Position numbers and translations under genes: made by a program. Of a stretch of 64,000 nucleotides of DNA, positions 1 through 12,184 are shown one piece after another. The stretch covers positions 87,352-151,351 of the forward strand of contig NW_003314433.1 of the NCBI RefSeq assembly GCF_000143415.4, given 5' to 3'. Source of the stretch: Selaginella moellendorffii (Eukaryota; Plantae; Lycopodiophyta). A model generated the notes under the pieces. The model was given only the letters and a program-made list of their open reading frames with translations, ran no database searches and was not told where the DNA came from. Every line of letters begins with the position of its first letter. The first letter of the stretch is position 1.

Positions 1-2269
1 GTGCATCATTTACAAAACTTACACTCTCCAAATCTCACTCGTAAGAGGTTGTTTACTATATTACCAAAATTGTTAGTAACCTTGTGTAAAATTGATACCT
101 TCTCCTTAAATATCAACAATGGATTGTATTTCATTTTCATATCTAACATGGAAACATTTATGGATGCTTTGTGGTACTAAGTATTTACCAAATGACCACT
201 TAATTTTAGATTCAATATTTGTATTACAAAGAAAAAAAAGCAAGAGATGGAATACTTGGATTTTATGGTCCAAAAGTAATAAGAGTGAGAATAGCACCAT
301 TGGACTAACTAGAATATCTAAACCAAATAACACTTGAGATTCATAAGTTGTCCTTGAAAGCCAAGATATCAACAAAAAGTAGTGATCACAAGAATAATAG
401 AATAAGTGGTTGCATATGAAATGTTGGAGATGAGTTGAGACTACATTCTCGAAATAAATATTATAAATAGAGGATGTTATTATTGTAGATTTGCATGTTT
501 TGCAAAGGTGATACATACTTGTATGACATTTCTCCAAAAAAACCATAAATAATATCTAAAGAGTTTTGAGAAAAAATTTATCTTTCACATTTGTAGTTTC
601 CAAGTATCATGTATGTTGTATTTACATTGTTTCCTATAAGAGCCACAATTTTCAAGATTGTGAATAAAAGTAGTAAGCCATTGTTTTTTAGGAGAACAAT
701 TCCTTGGAAAGCAATATCTAAAGCAAATTGTTGATAATTATCATTGCATCTACAAGTGATGAATATAGTTAAGTGTTTGGATTGCCATTGAATAATCTAA
801 GCCACATTTTGGTTGTAATGAGATTGGATATTATATGGTTAAAGTTAACCTTGGTGATATTTCTAATTTGAAGTGTTGATTTCTCATGATTGTCAAGAAA
901 AAGTTTTGAATTTATTAATTTAAAATAATCTTGGTAAAACTTTAGAAGTTGGTCCCAAAATTAATATTGAAACCTGCAACAATTCTAATTATCAAATTTT
1001 TACCTATAATATGGAATCAACAACTGCATCTTTGGCTAAGGGAGTAAAAACTATATATTTAATAAAAAGTAAAAGAATGATTTTTCTCGAGGAGAGAAAT
1101 GAATAAATTTATTGCATCTCCACCTATTTTGTATTATATTTGTGAGCAAACTTTGATTAGCACAAGTTAAGAAACTATTTACTTGGTTGTAAGAGCACAT
1201 CACACTGCTCATTTGGCCATCTTAAATGTAACTTTGGAAAAGCAGGTTATAAGAGTTAATCAAGTTTTATTCACTCACCTATGAAAAACTTACGAGTGAA
1301 AGCATTTCACTCACTACATATTGAAAAGCAAAGAAAATAAGCTGAAAGGAAGAGAGATAAGTTGAAATTATACCTTTGCATTGAAATAATTATAAACTCT
1401 TAAATTTGAAATTCCCGGGAAGTCACCCAACCAAGAGACACTTAACCCTAAATATCCCAAGACCTTTAACCGATTGAAAAAATGAATGCACTTGGAAAAT
1501 AAGATATATTTTTATTCATAAGCGCTTTCCTTCTATATTTGAACCCTATTGATCATCTTTCAAGTTATTCTCTTTAATTGTTTATAGTAATATTAATGCA
1601 TTTATGGATAAGCTTGTGGTTTTGTAACTATAGACAAAATTCTAGAACATGAGACAAAACTTTACATCTCTAATCAAGTAAAAAAGTGTAGAGTTGAATG
1701 AAGCTACAGTGAGTATCAACAATGGAAAAATTGTAGTAGCTAAAGTAAAATTGCCAAACTCTAGTGAGTAAGAATTTTTCTCTTGTCTTTTTCATATGGC
1801 AGGGTGACACTATGCAATTCAGATGAAGCATCCTTGGAAAGCCTAGGTAAACATAGTGAATTTCCACTTGCATTGCAAGAATGCTTTGATTATAAGCACA
1901 TCTTGCTGTTTTTCTTCAGAACTAGTACTTGTGATCTTGCAAATTGCAATTAAAGTACTTCGATTTAGTCGGGTATAGTTGCCGCAAAACATCCTCCTCT
2001 GCTGCCGCAGTGCAAGTGGCCAAGCAGCACAAACATTCATTCCCAACAAACACTGATTAGTTTACTCGTTTTGAAACATTACCAGATAGATAGTGTGGTG
2101 CTGGATTCAGGGGAGGTGCTCGTAACAATCACGAAAGTTCCAGTTTGACTCCAAACATCTCCCGTGTGATCTTCCACTTGCAAGCGATATCTTGTTCTTC
2201 ATGTATCAATCAAATGGAAGGGAAGTTGCTACCTCCAAAACTCGTTTGTTTCTTCTACAACAGTGTCGA

Positions 2270-2600
2270 TACGATACGCGGAGTAAAAAAGGAAGCAATC
2301 CAAAAAGAGGATGTCCGTAAGATCACTACAGCTTAACCTCACTCTCGCAACTTGGCTCGGTGGTCTCTTCATGGAGGAATCCATGGCAGAAAGAGAAAGA
2401 TCGTCAAGTCCGAGCTTTTGCAAACGAGGGAGCGATCGAGCGAAACGACGGCTGCCGCACACTGTGGATTGATCGATAAGTCTCTAGCTGGAGACACGGA
2501 GAATCCACCGAGCATCTCAACAGGAACTTTCATGATCATCATCACGCGCTTCAAGCACGGCCTAGCTTAACATCAACGACTTTGGGCTTGGCAAAGTTCT
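2270..2600 (+). pseudogene. Possible degenerate protein-kinase (RLK-type) fragment; also at ~22080-22410 (+) and ~33100-33430 (-)
   Basis: Motif-like pieces in kinase order across frames: GVKK..EDVRKIT..HSRNLAR, HGLA*, INDFGL(A/G)K. No HRD motif found; heavily broken. Confidence 0.3.
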
Positions 2601-4403
2601 TTATGTCTCTCTCTCTCTCTCTCTCTTGCTGCTTGCTCGTGGATTTTTTAACGAATTTCTTCGTCTTCCGTGTGCTGCCGGGCTTGAGGAAATCTGTCCG
2701 AGAAACTGGGCATGTATCTTGTTTCCAGTTTGGGTTGCTTCGGACGACTTTCGTGCCGGTCGCCAGAGGAAAAAGAATTGTCATGGAAAAAACAATGGAA
2801 CCTGTAAGCGCTCTGGATAACACGTTAGCTTGTCACATCCATGGCAAAAAGCTTAGACTTTGCTGGATGATCTGCGGCCTTGATCTCAGGCTAATGCCGT
2901 GCTGATCACATCAGCGAGAGGAATTTAAAGACTTTTCCAGTTGACAAGAAGTGGTGGAGTGATCGGGCAGTGATCCATCGACTTCGAGCGAAACATGGCA
3001 TGGATCGAATCGTCCAAGTCCGAATAGAAAAAGAAAAAGGACGAGATGGAGATGGAGGGATCAAAGAAGTGGAGCGCGGCAAAGTCAATCAAAGCCGGTG
3101 CCATTTCTCTCTCCTCTCAGATTTTTGCGCTCTCTCTCTCCTTCAAACTTTCTGTGTGTTTCTTTTGCTGGCAACAAAAACAAAGGCCACACATGGGGAG
3201 CTAAAGAGGGAACATGGACTCCCAGCGAACAATAAAAATAAGCATTTTAGGGGCCCAAAACCTCTTGTCACTGGTGGACCATGGGCCGATTCCGGAATAT
3301 TCTCCGGCAGCGAATATTCTATTATTCGCTAGGGTTAAGGCACCGGCATCTAAGCTATAGAGTCAAACCAATAATGGCACGATGTAAAAAAGAAGAACTA
3401 CTAGCATTGTCATCCCCTTAGTTTTTGATTTCTAGGTTTTGCTAGAGTGGCGTTCTCTCTTTTATTCTCTTTAACAAAGCCCAATGAATGGAGTTTCAAA
3501 CGTCGTACCCCGCGTACTCTACGCGGGGTTGGTTGTCACATAGAGGTGATCATGAGGAAGCACTACCAAGGATTGGAGGCGTATAATAAACTAGAGAGAG
3601 GCGTATGGTAGCGGTGGAGGCGTAGAGCGTACGGTGGCGGGTACGAGACCGCCGGTCCGTGGCTCGAGTCCGGCGCGGCGCGGCATCCGCTGGTCCGGGT
3701 TCGAGCCCGGCGTCCCCCAGTGGTCCATTTTATGACCCAAACTGGATTCCGACAAACTTAAATTCGGGGAGCTGCTAAATCTGGCAACAAACCGGTTATA
3801 GCTAAATTTGAGGCAGATAGCTAAATTGGCCGTAAGCCCGAAGGGCTGAAAAGGGCGTCCACGGTGGCTGGATTGTATATCCAGATGTAGCTGTGCCACG
3901 TGTCAAAAAGCCAGTGGACTTCCATGTCAGAAACCCGACCTGGGGGAATTGTACGGCATTTGGATGGATAGCTATTAGCTAGTAGTTGGCTATGGCGAGG
4001 GGCGCTGCGCCTTTGCTCTTCTCTCTCTCGCCGAGCAAAGCGGGGATCTTGATGCGCTAGGGCATCGATTCTCGTTGATCGTGTTGGCAGCGCCTCGCAG
4101 CGGTGGCGGCATTGGGATTATGACGCTTGCCCGGGCAATGTGTCGAATTTGAAGGCGCTGCGCCACTGTGTCACGGGCGCGATCGAGCGCGCGTCGACGG
4201 GGCATCGATGGAGCTAGGTAATCACACAAGGGGCTCGCGTTGAATCGAGCTTTTTCCTTCTTTCTCTCTGCTTCCCGTGATCTTCCTCGCTTTTCCCATT
4301 CGATCCTCGGCTTTCCATGGCGAATTGGAGGTAATCGCTCCGAAATATTCCCTCCTCTCGGAAGCGCTTGCTCGAAATATTTCCACTCCGATCGATCCGC
4401 AAG

Positions 4404-5400
4404 ATGGAGCTCCACGGCGGCGACCCGGACCTCTGCTATGGCCTGGACGTGGATCTTGTGGGAGACAACGATGAGGCCTGGGCGAGGCGGTCGTCCAGGA
4501 TCACGAGGATTTCAGCGACGACGACATGGACGTGGACGAGCTGGAGAAGAGGATTTGGAACGATCGGCTGCGGCTCAAGCGGATCAAGGACAAGCAAAAG
4601 GCCAGGGTCAACAACGCATTCTCCTCGAATCACTCGAATCACAGCCATGGGCAGCAGCAGCAGCAGCAGCATCACGGCGGCCCAGCAGCGCAGCACCAGA
4701 ATCTGGGCAATCTCCAGGAGCAAGCCCGGCGGAAGATGTTGCGAGCCCAGGACGGGATCCTCAAGTACACGCTCAAGATGATGGAGGTCTGCAAAGCCCA
4801 AGGATTCGTCTATGGCATCATCCCCGAGAAGGGCAAGCCAGTGAGCGGCGCCAGCAACAACAACCGCGTGATGGAAGGAGAAGGTCCGCTTCGATCGGAA
4901 CGGCCCCGCCGCCATGGCCAAGTACGAGGGCATCTGCTCCAGATCCGGCGGCGGCGCTGGCCAGCTCTCCGCCGCCGCCCCGACGCCACACACTTTCCAG
5001 GAGCTCCAGGACACCACGCAATGCAGCACTGCGATCCACCCCAGCGGAGGTACCCGCTGGAGAAAGGGGTGGCGCCGCCGTGGTGGCCGAGCGGCGACGA
5101 GGAGTGGTGGCCCGAGCTTGGGCTTCCAAAGGGGCAGGGGCCGCCGCCGTATAAGAAGCCCCATGATCTCAAGAAGGTGTGGAAGGTTGGAGTTGTCACT
5201 GCGGTAATCCGACACATGTCCCCGGATATCGGGAAGATCAGGAAGCTCGTGAGGCAGTCCAAGTGCTTGCAAGACAAGATGACTGCCAAGGAGAGCGGGA
5301 CGTGGATCTCGGTGCTCAACCAGGAGGGCAGTGCTCGGGGAATTTGATCGGGCAGCAGCAGCAGCAGCAGAGCCACCACCACCATCACCATAGCCAGGTG
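4404..5400 (+). pseudogene. EIN3: EIN3/EIL-like transcription factor, frameshifted (copy 1)
   Basis: [123 protein letters not shown]. Has a 1-bp loss near 4474 and internal deletions. Confidence 0.93.
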
Positions 5401-5877
5401 ATTGTGATGAGGATAACCCTTGAGACATTAGTATGAGGCTGCCTTGGATTGCTCTTCCAGGAAGAGGTCGAAGAGCAAGAAAACAATGAGGAAGCACCGG
5501 AATTTTGACCAAGTATGACAGAGCTCGCGCGCTTGGGACACGGGCTTCTTGGTCTTGCTAGTGAGAACTCTTAAGTTCTTTTTCTTTCGTGATTGAACAA
5601 CAACAGTATGAACGCTCCAGTGATGGCGGAATTCGAGGTATAGAAACTCTGAAAAGGAATTTGTGTGGAGCGACTCTTGAATGTGAAACTTCTATGTGAA
5701 GGGAAGATCCCTTTACGATTCGGCGGTATCTCCGAATGAGAGAGTGGTCCTCTTCGTGCGTTTCTAAGAGGCTACGAGGATTGGGAAGGAAGACAAGTTG
5801 GAAACTAGTGAAAAGTCTAAAAAGATTCGAGGGATACTATGCATATGCTTTTAGGGTTCTTTGCACATTAGCTTGTA

Positions 5878-6935
5878 ATGGAGGGGGCGCGGCTCGCGAT
5901 CGTCTCCGATCTCGATGGAACAATGGTACGCATTGCAATGCCTCTTCAATGCGCTCTGGGCCGCAGATTATTTCCATGACTCGCTGAATGAGAGCGAGAA
6001 CCAAACAAGGGGTGGGATACGGCTGTTTGGAAGAGACTTCCAAGTTTCCAGAGCTTACATTCCAGGTAGAAAAATTCCATATCCTCTCTTTGATTGTGTT
6101 TACAACGGTTTTCTCTATCTCGTCCTGGCTTTTTTTTTTTTCTGTAGGACACAGCGACCTCACAAAGTCAGCTTCAAGCTGAAGAAGGCGGAAGCTCCTC
6201 GGGTTGTGGAGACACTGTTGAAGAGATTGATCAAGTGTGAGGCAAGTTTTTAGAGGATCGTTCGAAGCTTTTGTGATCTTTTTCTTTTTTGTTCTTCCAG
6301 TTGGATGTAAAAATCATATACAGCGGAGGACAGGATATGGATGTTCTCCCTTGAGCAGCTGACAAGGGACAGCTCATGAGGGAAGGCAGAGCTCCTCAGA
6401 AAGTTCTTGTGATACTGAGCTCTTTGCCGTCAAAGACGTTTTTGGAGTGATCGTAAGTTCTTGAAGTCGATTGATCACCCACTCACTCACTGACGATCTC
6501 AGGTCGGGAATGCGTTTGAAGATCTTACGCAGTGGTACCTTGATAGCCAAAGACAATCCCAAGATCTTTCGTGGCACTGAAAGATGCGCTTCGGGAATCT
6601 TACAAGCTATCCGAGAGTTCAAGTTTGATCCTTGTGTTTCGCCCAGGGATGCCGACTTACTGAGCCAGCTCACTGTTTGAACACTTGAAAAGGCCAATGG
6701 TAAGTTCCTCGTGTTTAGTAGTTTTGGATGCTTGAGCAACGAAATGGCTGGCAGGCCCCTGACTCAACGCTGGTCACTCCGTGGGGACTAGAAGACGATC
6801 TTCGTAGAAGCGTGTCCCCTCCACGGTATTCACAGGGGAAAGAACTTCTGTATGTGGGTTGATCGAATTCGTGCGACGAAGGTTGGGGACGTTACTTGGG
6901 TTGTCAAGTTTGATAAGTGGCAGCGAACGGGTACG
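5878..6935 (+). pseudogene. SPP: Sucrose-phosphatase (SPP) pseudogene with introns (copy 1)
   Basis: Pieces FNALWAADYFHDSL, ETSKFPELTFQ, QRPHKVSFKLKK, LDVKIIYSGGQDMDVL, AKDNPKIFRGTERCASGILQAI, VSPRD and WVVKFDKW match plant SPP. Contains stops and deletions. Confidence 0.85.
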
Positions 6936-7788
6936 TCAAGTTCTTTCTGAGTCATATGCATTATTTTATTGCTGGTGCATTCCAGACGAAGAGCTGAATT
7001 ATCGCTTGACAACCGCCGTGTGTTTCAATATGAGGTGGCGTTCTTATCGCTTTGTCTTGGTGGAGTTATTCAGCTTTGCTTCTCTTACAGGATGGCATGC
7101 CTTATGCGAGTGCATTACGAATCCACGAAACGTGGCTTGATGGTTATGCGGGAAGACCTTTGCTCCTAATGTAGGAGGCACAGCCAACGATAGGCGAAAA
7201 AATAAGCAGGGACGAGTCATCGTCCAGGTAAGCGTGTTAAAGTTCTCAGCTCTGGAATCTAATTTAGTGGATGCTGCTGTGTGTGCAGTGGCATACAAAT
7301 TCCAGGTTTACTGAGATTGATATATGGTGAAGGAAAACGAGGGTATGTTTACACATTTATACTCATCCATTCATGGTGGTTGCTGTAGAACAGGGTGACA
7401 TCAGGATCAAAAGCGAGAATCAAGCACACTCAGGTCGGAACGACAGGGATCAAACTCATCAGTAGCAACGGAGAGGTTTGTATTCTGGATTTAAATCGCG
7501 TGTCTCAGCAAGCAACAGCAAATGGAAGGAGAAAAAACCCGGCGGGTTGGGGTCCACGTCGTCAATAAAACGATGCGGATCAATGTTAAAAACCCACAGA
7601 CTGGTACGTGAAATGCTTTACAGCCAGAAGTTTTGGCTTTCTTACCGAAGAATTGTGCAGAATCTGGCAAGGAAAAGGAAAAGTATAATCGGGCCACTAA
7701 GAAGGTGGAGCATTGCGAATGGAAGATAAGCTAAAATGCATTTATTTTCGTTCTCTTTCTTTCTGCGTGGTATGGCGGACTTCTCTCA

Positions 7789-7927
7789 GCATATCCCGAG
7801 CTGCATATCCAGTGATTCAAAGCAAAGTTCTCACCCTTATACCCCCCTTTGATGATAGTCGGGCAATTATCACACCACTATTCTTCCATGTCTTGTGTGT
7901 CTCTAGTCGACCAACCAGAGTATAAAA
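7789..7927 (+). promoter_or_regulatory. PHO1-like promoter: two P1BS motifs (GNATATNC) plus TATA box
   Basis: GCATATCC at 7789-7796 and 7803-7810; TATAAAA at 7921-7927. Same arrangement in copy B (27768, 27782, ~27900). Lies upstream of the SPX ATG. Confidence 0.6.
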
Positions 7928-8798
7928 TGCGACCACCACCTTCATTGCAAACTCCCCCCGCTCCCTCTTCCTCTCGCAGAAGGAGAGAAGGCTCCAAGTT
8001 TTTGAGTGAGCAAAGGGCTCTCACCTCGAGAACTCGACAAGCTCTCTCGATTCCAAGCTTGGCTCCTTCGGTTATTCTTCTCCTCTTCGTCCCCTTTCAA
8101 GAGTAAGTTTTTTCTTTGCTTTCGTAGTTCTGAGCTTGCGATTCTTTCAGTTTGGTTGCGCCAGCAATCGGGACTCTGACGAAACAAAACGCTCCATAAG
8201 CGTGATTTCCAGAAAGAGTACGTGCCTCGCTTCCTTCCATGCTTTAGATGCTCAAATGATTCTTTCATTCCCTTTCGCTCGCATAAATTACTCGTGTTGA
8301 CAAGAAAAGAGTTGAAGTGTGTGAGAGTGTGTGTAAGTGTGTAACTTACGGCAGCTTCTTTTCATGTAGATTCCCCTGCATTCCCTGTCCTTTTGTTTCC
8401 TTTTTAAGTTCCATAGGCCAATGGATCGCTTGCTTCTTCTCTCCTCTTGCACTCTGCTGCGTCAGTTTCACTCGGGAAAACGTGTTCTTATGTAATTGTT
8501 CGCTGGCCTCGGTGAGAAACGAAGGCTTTCCCCCTTTTTTCCAGAGATGATCTTAAGGCGCTGTTTTCTTGTGAGAATTGGTGGTGCTCCTCCCCAGCAC
8601 AATGCATTTGATGATTCCACGCCACCATTTGTCTCGTCATATGCTCACTGCCACTGTTCTTCCTCTGCTTCCAGAGCACAGGCGCCAGAAAAGTTTGAAG
8701 AGGCATTCTGAACTTGACACCATTTCCTCCAGGTATTTCATCTCTTGCTTGATCGTTTTCTTGACGATGTTCGCCTCAGGTAATCCAAGCTTTCAGAC

Positions 8799-10040
8799 AT
8801 GGTGAAGTTCCAGAAGCAGCTGGAGGGCCAGCTCGTCCCAGAGTGGCGGGTGAAGTACTGCGACTACAAGCAGCTCAAGAAAGTTGTCAAGAGAATCAAA
8901 AACCAGATCCTACATACCAAGAACCAGCAGCACAAGGTGTTCGATCCAAATGTCTTCTCGGTTGACAAGAGCAAGCTTCAAAACTTGCTGCAAAATCCCA
9001 GCGCCATCCTGAGCAGCTGCTGCGAACAATCCATATCCTCCGAAACGTCCATGGATGTTCTGGACTGTAAAGACAAAACAAAACCCTTCAATACGATCAG
9101 GTTGTGCACAAGACGAGAATTGGAGATGGCGAGGATTTTTACGAGACGGAGCTGTTCGGAACTCGATCGGATCACGAAAAGAGCTTCTTTTTCGGCCTTG
9201 ACGATCAGCTCAACAAAGTGGACAAGTTTTTTAGATGCAAGGAAGACGAGTACGATGCTCAAGCACGGCAACTTCACATCCAAATGGAAGAGCTCATCCC
9301 TATGCAAGGTTCGTTCTAGCAGCCTCTAATTCTGTGGCACTTAACTTGGAATCGTTTGATCTCTGCCATGTTGTAGATGACGAATCTCAGAGCTTGAAGG
9401 GGAGCCCGGCAACAAAGGAAAGGTTCAGCGAGCAGCCAAGATGCTCCAGACGGCCTTTGTCGAATTTTATCGTGGGCTTCGACTCCTAAGAAACTTCAGG
9501 TGAATGACCTCTATACGATTGATCCATGTTCTCAAAGTGTTGAAAACTTACTTGGCAGCTCCTTGAACATGATGGCATTCGTCAGGATCCGCAAGAAATA
9601 TGACAAGGTACTTATGGAAAATGGAAAATTACTGCAGACTTCTAAAAAGGTTTTTTAAATTTTCAGGTGACTGGAGTCTGGCAGTTATCTCAAGATGGTC
9701 GAAAACTCTCACTTTGCAACGTCGGACAAGGTGTGAAGAAATTTTCCTTTGAGGGTCTTGCTGATGGACCGCGTAGAGAGAGTGTTCACTCTGCACTTTA
9801 CGAAAGGCAAATGAAAGCAAGCCATGGATATCTCAGGCCCATACACTCTGCGAGCAATCATGGAAATATAAACTTTATCAGGCCCATACACTCTGCGAGC
9901 AATCAAACTTTATCCTGGGTAAGAGCAGGATATCCATTTCATGCATTCGGATCGTGGTTATTAATTAACCTTCTATCACCATTGATGATGCGACGCAGAG
10001 ATTGTATACTAGTGGTTTCATGGCAATGGCATTGCCTCTA
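8799..10040 (+). pseudogene. PHO1: PHO1-like (SPX-EXS) gene fragment: SPX region only, EXS absent (copy 1)
   Basis: [28 protein letters not shown]; YETELFG..FFFGLDDQLNKVDKFFRCKEDEY; KMLQTAFVEFYRGLRLLRNF; SLNMMAFVRIRKKYDK; YLKMVENSHFATSDK. Exons are separated by short GT-AG introns. Homology stops near the first transmembrane segment. Confidence 0.88.
9833..9915 (+). repeat. Local ~45-bp duplication inside the PHO1 fragment
   Basis: tcaggcccatacactctgcgagcaatca at 9833-9860 and 9878-9905; single in copy B. Confidence 0.85.
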
Positions 10041-10126
10041 GAAAAGGAAAGCACTCACCATACCTTTGGGAATAACTGTAATCTATTCATTTAATTTTCA
10101 GCTAGAACTTTCAGAGATCACGGACC

Positions 10127-11985
10127 TTATCGTTTCTTCTTGCTGCGCTCTTTGGAAGGTTTGGTAGCCTCCTCTTCGGCGTTGTGGTCGGCTTCAAGTC
10201 TCGCGAGCCGCAAATCAAACAATGCTGTTGTGAGGATTCCTTCTTGAGACACCACTTTACCTTGTCAGCGTGTCTCTGCCAAGTCAAATCCATCCTTCCT
10301 GAGCTCCTGATAGATGCAAAGAGCATGAAGAACGAGCGAAAGAAAACCTGCGTTGTCACCTTTCCAGTGTGTTGGGTGTGATCGTAAGGTGCCATTTGCC
10401 AATACATGATCGTCCAAGAGAAAAAATCTCTCAGCGTTTCTCCAGGCTGAAAGACAAATCAATAACAGAACAGGAAGATGAACTACTATCAGCACTCACC
10501 AAAAGTGTTTGTTGGGAATCAGCCAGGCCCAGCTCGGATCGATCTTTAATTTCCGTGCTTTCTGTGTCAGCTTTTTGCCTTCGCCCCTAAGAATAGCAGC
10601 TGCCTCTTCACAGTGACTCCACTGCATCCTAGAATACAAAAGGAAACCGACAAGTTTTCTTACATCCTTCTTTTTTACTACCTCGTCATCGTCCTCTTCG
10701 TCTTTTCCTTTATTAATCGATCCAGCATCACTGTTGTCACCATCAGTTTCGCCTTTCTCCTTACTAACTTCAATCCACGCGCTTTGTGTTTCCTGCTTGA
10801 GACATTAGTATGAGGCTGGATGATGGCTTGATCATACTAACCTCAATAATGCTCGAAGGTCCAGCGAGGAAAGGTCGTCGTGTCACTTTTTTTTTTGCCG
10901 ACTTCTTTCATACCTCCATACAGAAACAAAGTATCCTTTCCAACGACCATTCCAGCATTTATTCTTCCACAAGGCAACAACCTTCAAGCAGAACGCTCAA
11001 CGTTGAGACGCATTTTCCACATTTGGATCAACCACTTTCTTCTGCTTTGGATGCACACTTAACCACTACACAATCTCAGATTGCCATACCTTAATCTTTA
11101 GGCTCTTTGCTCCAAAGGATACCTGCGAGCGATGGTGCTTAGATAATTTTAAAAAAATCGACGAGATACAAACCATCTGGAAAGCATATACATCTCGATC
11201 ATAAAAACGCTGTGCAGGGAATCACCTGCAAAAGCCATTAGTTTTTCCAACGCATGCATTGAAACCGTACTCATCAGCATCAACTACACCACCAAACAAG
11301 ATGTGGACAAAAATCCTGCTCTTGGCCAGGAGCCATACCGGATTTTTTCACCTTCACAAAACACATTGAAAAACTAAAACTCCAAACGAGAATGTAAAAC
11401 AAGCAAACCTTGTCCCACTCCCAATCCGTGGATCTAACGTCCACATATCTGCGAGCACTACACCTTTGTCGGATTGATCTTTGTCAGGGGCAGGCTCTTT
11501 GAAATAGCCACCGTACAAGAAAATCTAGAAAAGAAAAAATGTTCACAACACGCAAAACTATACTTTTAGTAGACAAATACCTCATCTAAATAAACAGCAA
11601 GCTGAGAACCAGTTCCAGCTGAAGGCCAGGCAGCTCCAAGCTTGGGTTTTATCTCTTGCCACTGCAAAAGGAAATCAGTTTAGTTGTGAAAAAACAAGGA
11701 AGAACGATGAGCGACAGAAACAAACCTTATAATCTTTCAATCGAATTCTTACGCACAGAGCAATTGCATTGTGGGGAAGGAGCTGCTACATTCTCTTCGA
11801 CATGAATTTCGCTCTTCTTTGCTTTCTCCTCGTGGAGTTTAGCCTGACAAGAAGGAAAACGATTGAGAGTCTTTGGCCAGTGCTTTGCTTACCAAGATCG
11901 CATCAATATCATCCTCGTCCCACACCTTCTTCTCGTCGCGATGAGCTCGCTTCTCCGCCGCCTTGGCCGTCTTGCTCGAAGAACC
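10127..11985 (-). pseudogene. KLHDC4: Kelch domain-containing protein 4 (KLHDC4/DUF4110)-like multi-exon pseudogene
   Basis: Minus-strand exon pieces: KTAKAAEKRAHRDEKKVWDEDDIDAIL; EEKAKKSEIHVEENVAAPSP; WQEIKPKLGAAWPS; GGYFKEPAPDKDQSDKGVVLADMWTLDPR; YWQMAPYDHTQHTGK; ELRKDGFDLAETR; LARLEADHNAEEEA. Several kelch exons appear missing and frameshifts are present. Confidence 0.8.
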
Positions 11986-12019
11986 CTAAAACCTAAATTA
12001 ACTCTTGCTTGTACTGTCC

Positions 12020-12123
12020 GCTTTGCTTCCATACGATGGCTTTGCTTCCACAGCTGGCATATGCTTTGCTTTTCTTCCACAGCTGGCATACTTTCTTTAG
12101 TGCTTTGCTTCCACTGCTGGCAA
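12020..12123 (+). repeat. Imperfect short repeats (ctttgcttcca..gctggca) between KLHDC4 and the LRR-Roc-COR ATG
   Basis: Three to four degenerate copies of gctttgcttccac(a/t)gctggca. Confidence 0.6.
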
Positions 12124-12184
12124 GGTTCACTTTTACAAGTTTACTCGTGCTCTCCACTGCCCCTTCGATCCAGGGCAAACTTCC

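Noticed and set aside
106-546. 146-aa ORF conserved at 19880-20311, and the surrounding AT-rich DNA as a DNA-transposon remnant
   Set aside because: Non-ATG start and no recognisable motif or terminal repeat. Conservation is explained by the recent duplication.
2551-2610. Inositol polyphosphate kinase signature PxxxDxKxG (FAKPKVVDVKLG) on the minus strand, attractive next to SPX and P1BS
   Set aside because: It is the antisense of a DFGL(A/G)K-like stretch that has other kinase-like motifs in order on the plus strand. No convincing SSLL or IDF motif follows. Probably coincidental; a BLASTx would settle it.
3507-3529. 10-bp GC-rich hairpin (accccgcgta-ctc-tacgcggggt) as a Helitron 3' end
   Set aside because: No CTRR at the expected distance on either strand, and pairing is disrupted in the other two copies.
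3630-3722. tRNA or SINE suggested by ggttcgagcccgg / ggttcgagtcc T-loop-like motifs
   Set aside because: No D-arm, A-box or matching acceptor stem, and the region is rearranged differently in each copy.
4240-5512. Long overlapping ORFs in other frames and antisense to EIN3 (also near 24-25 kb and 30-32 kb)
   Set aside because: Shadow ORFs of GC-rich coding sequence.
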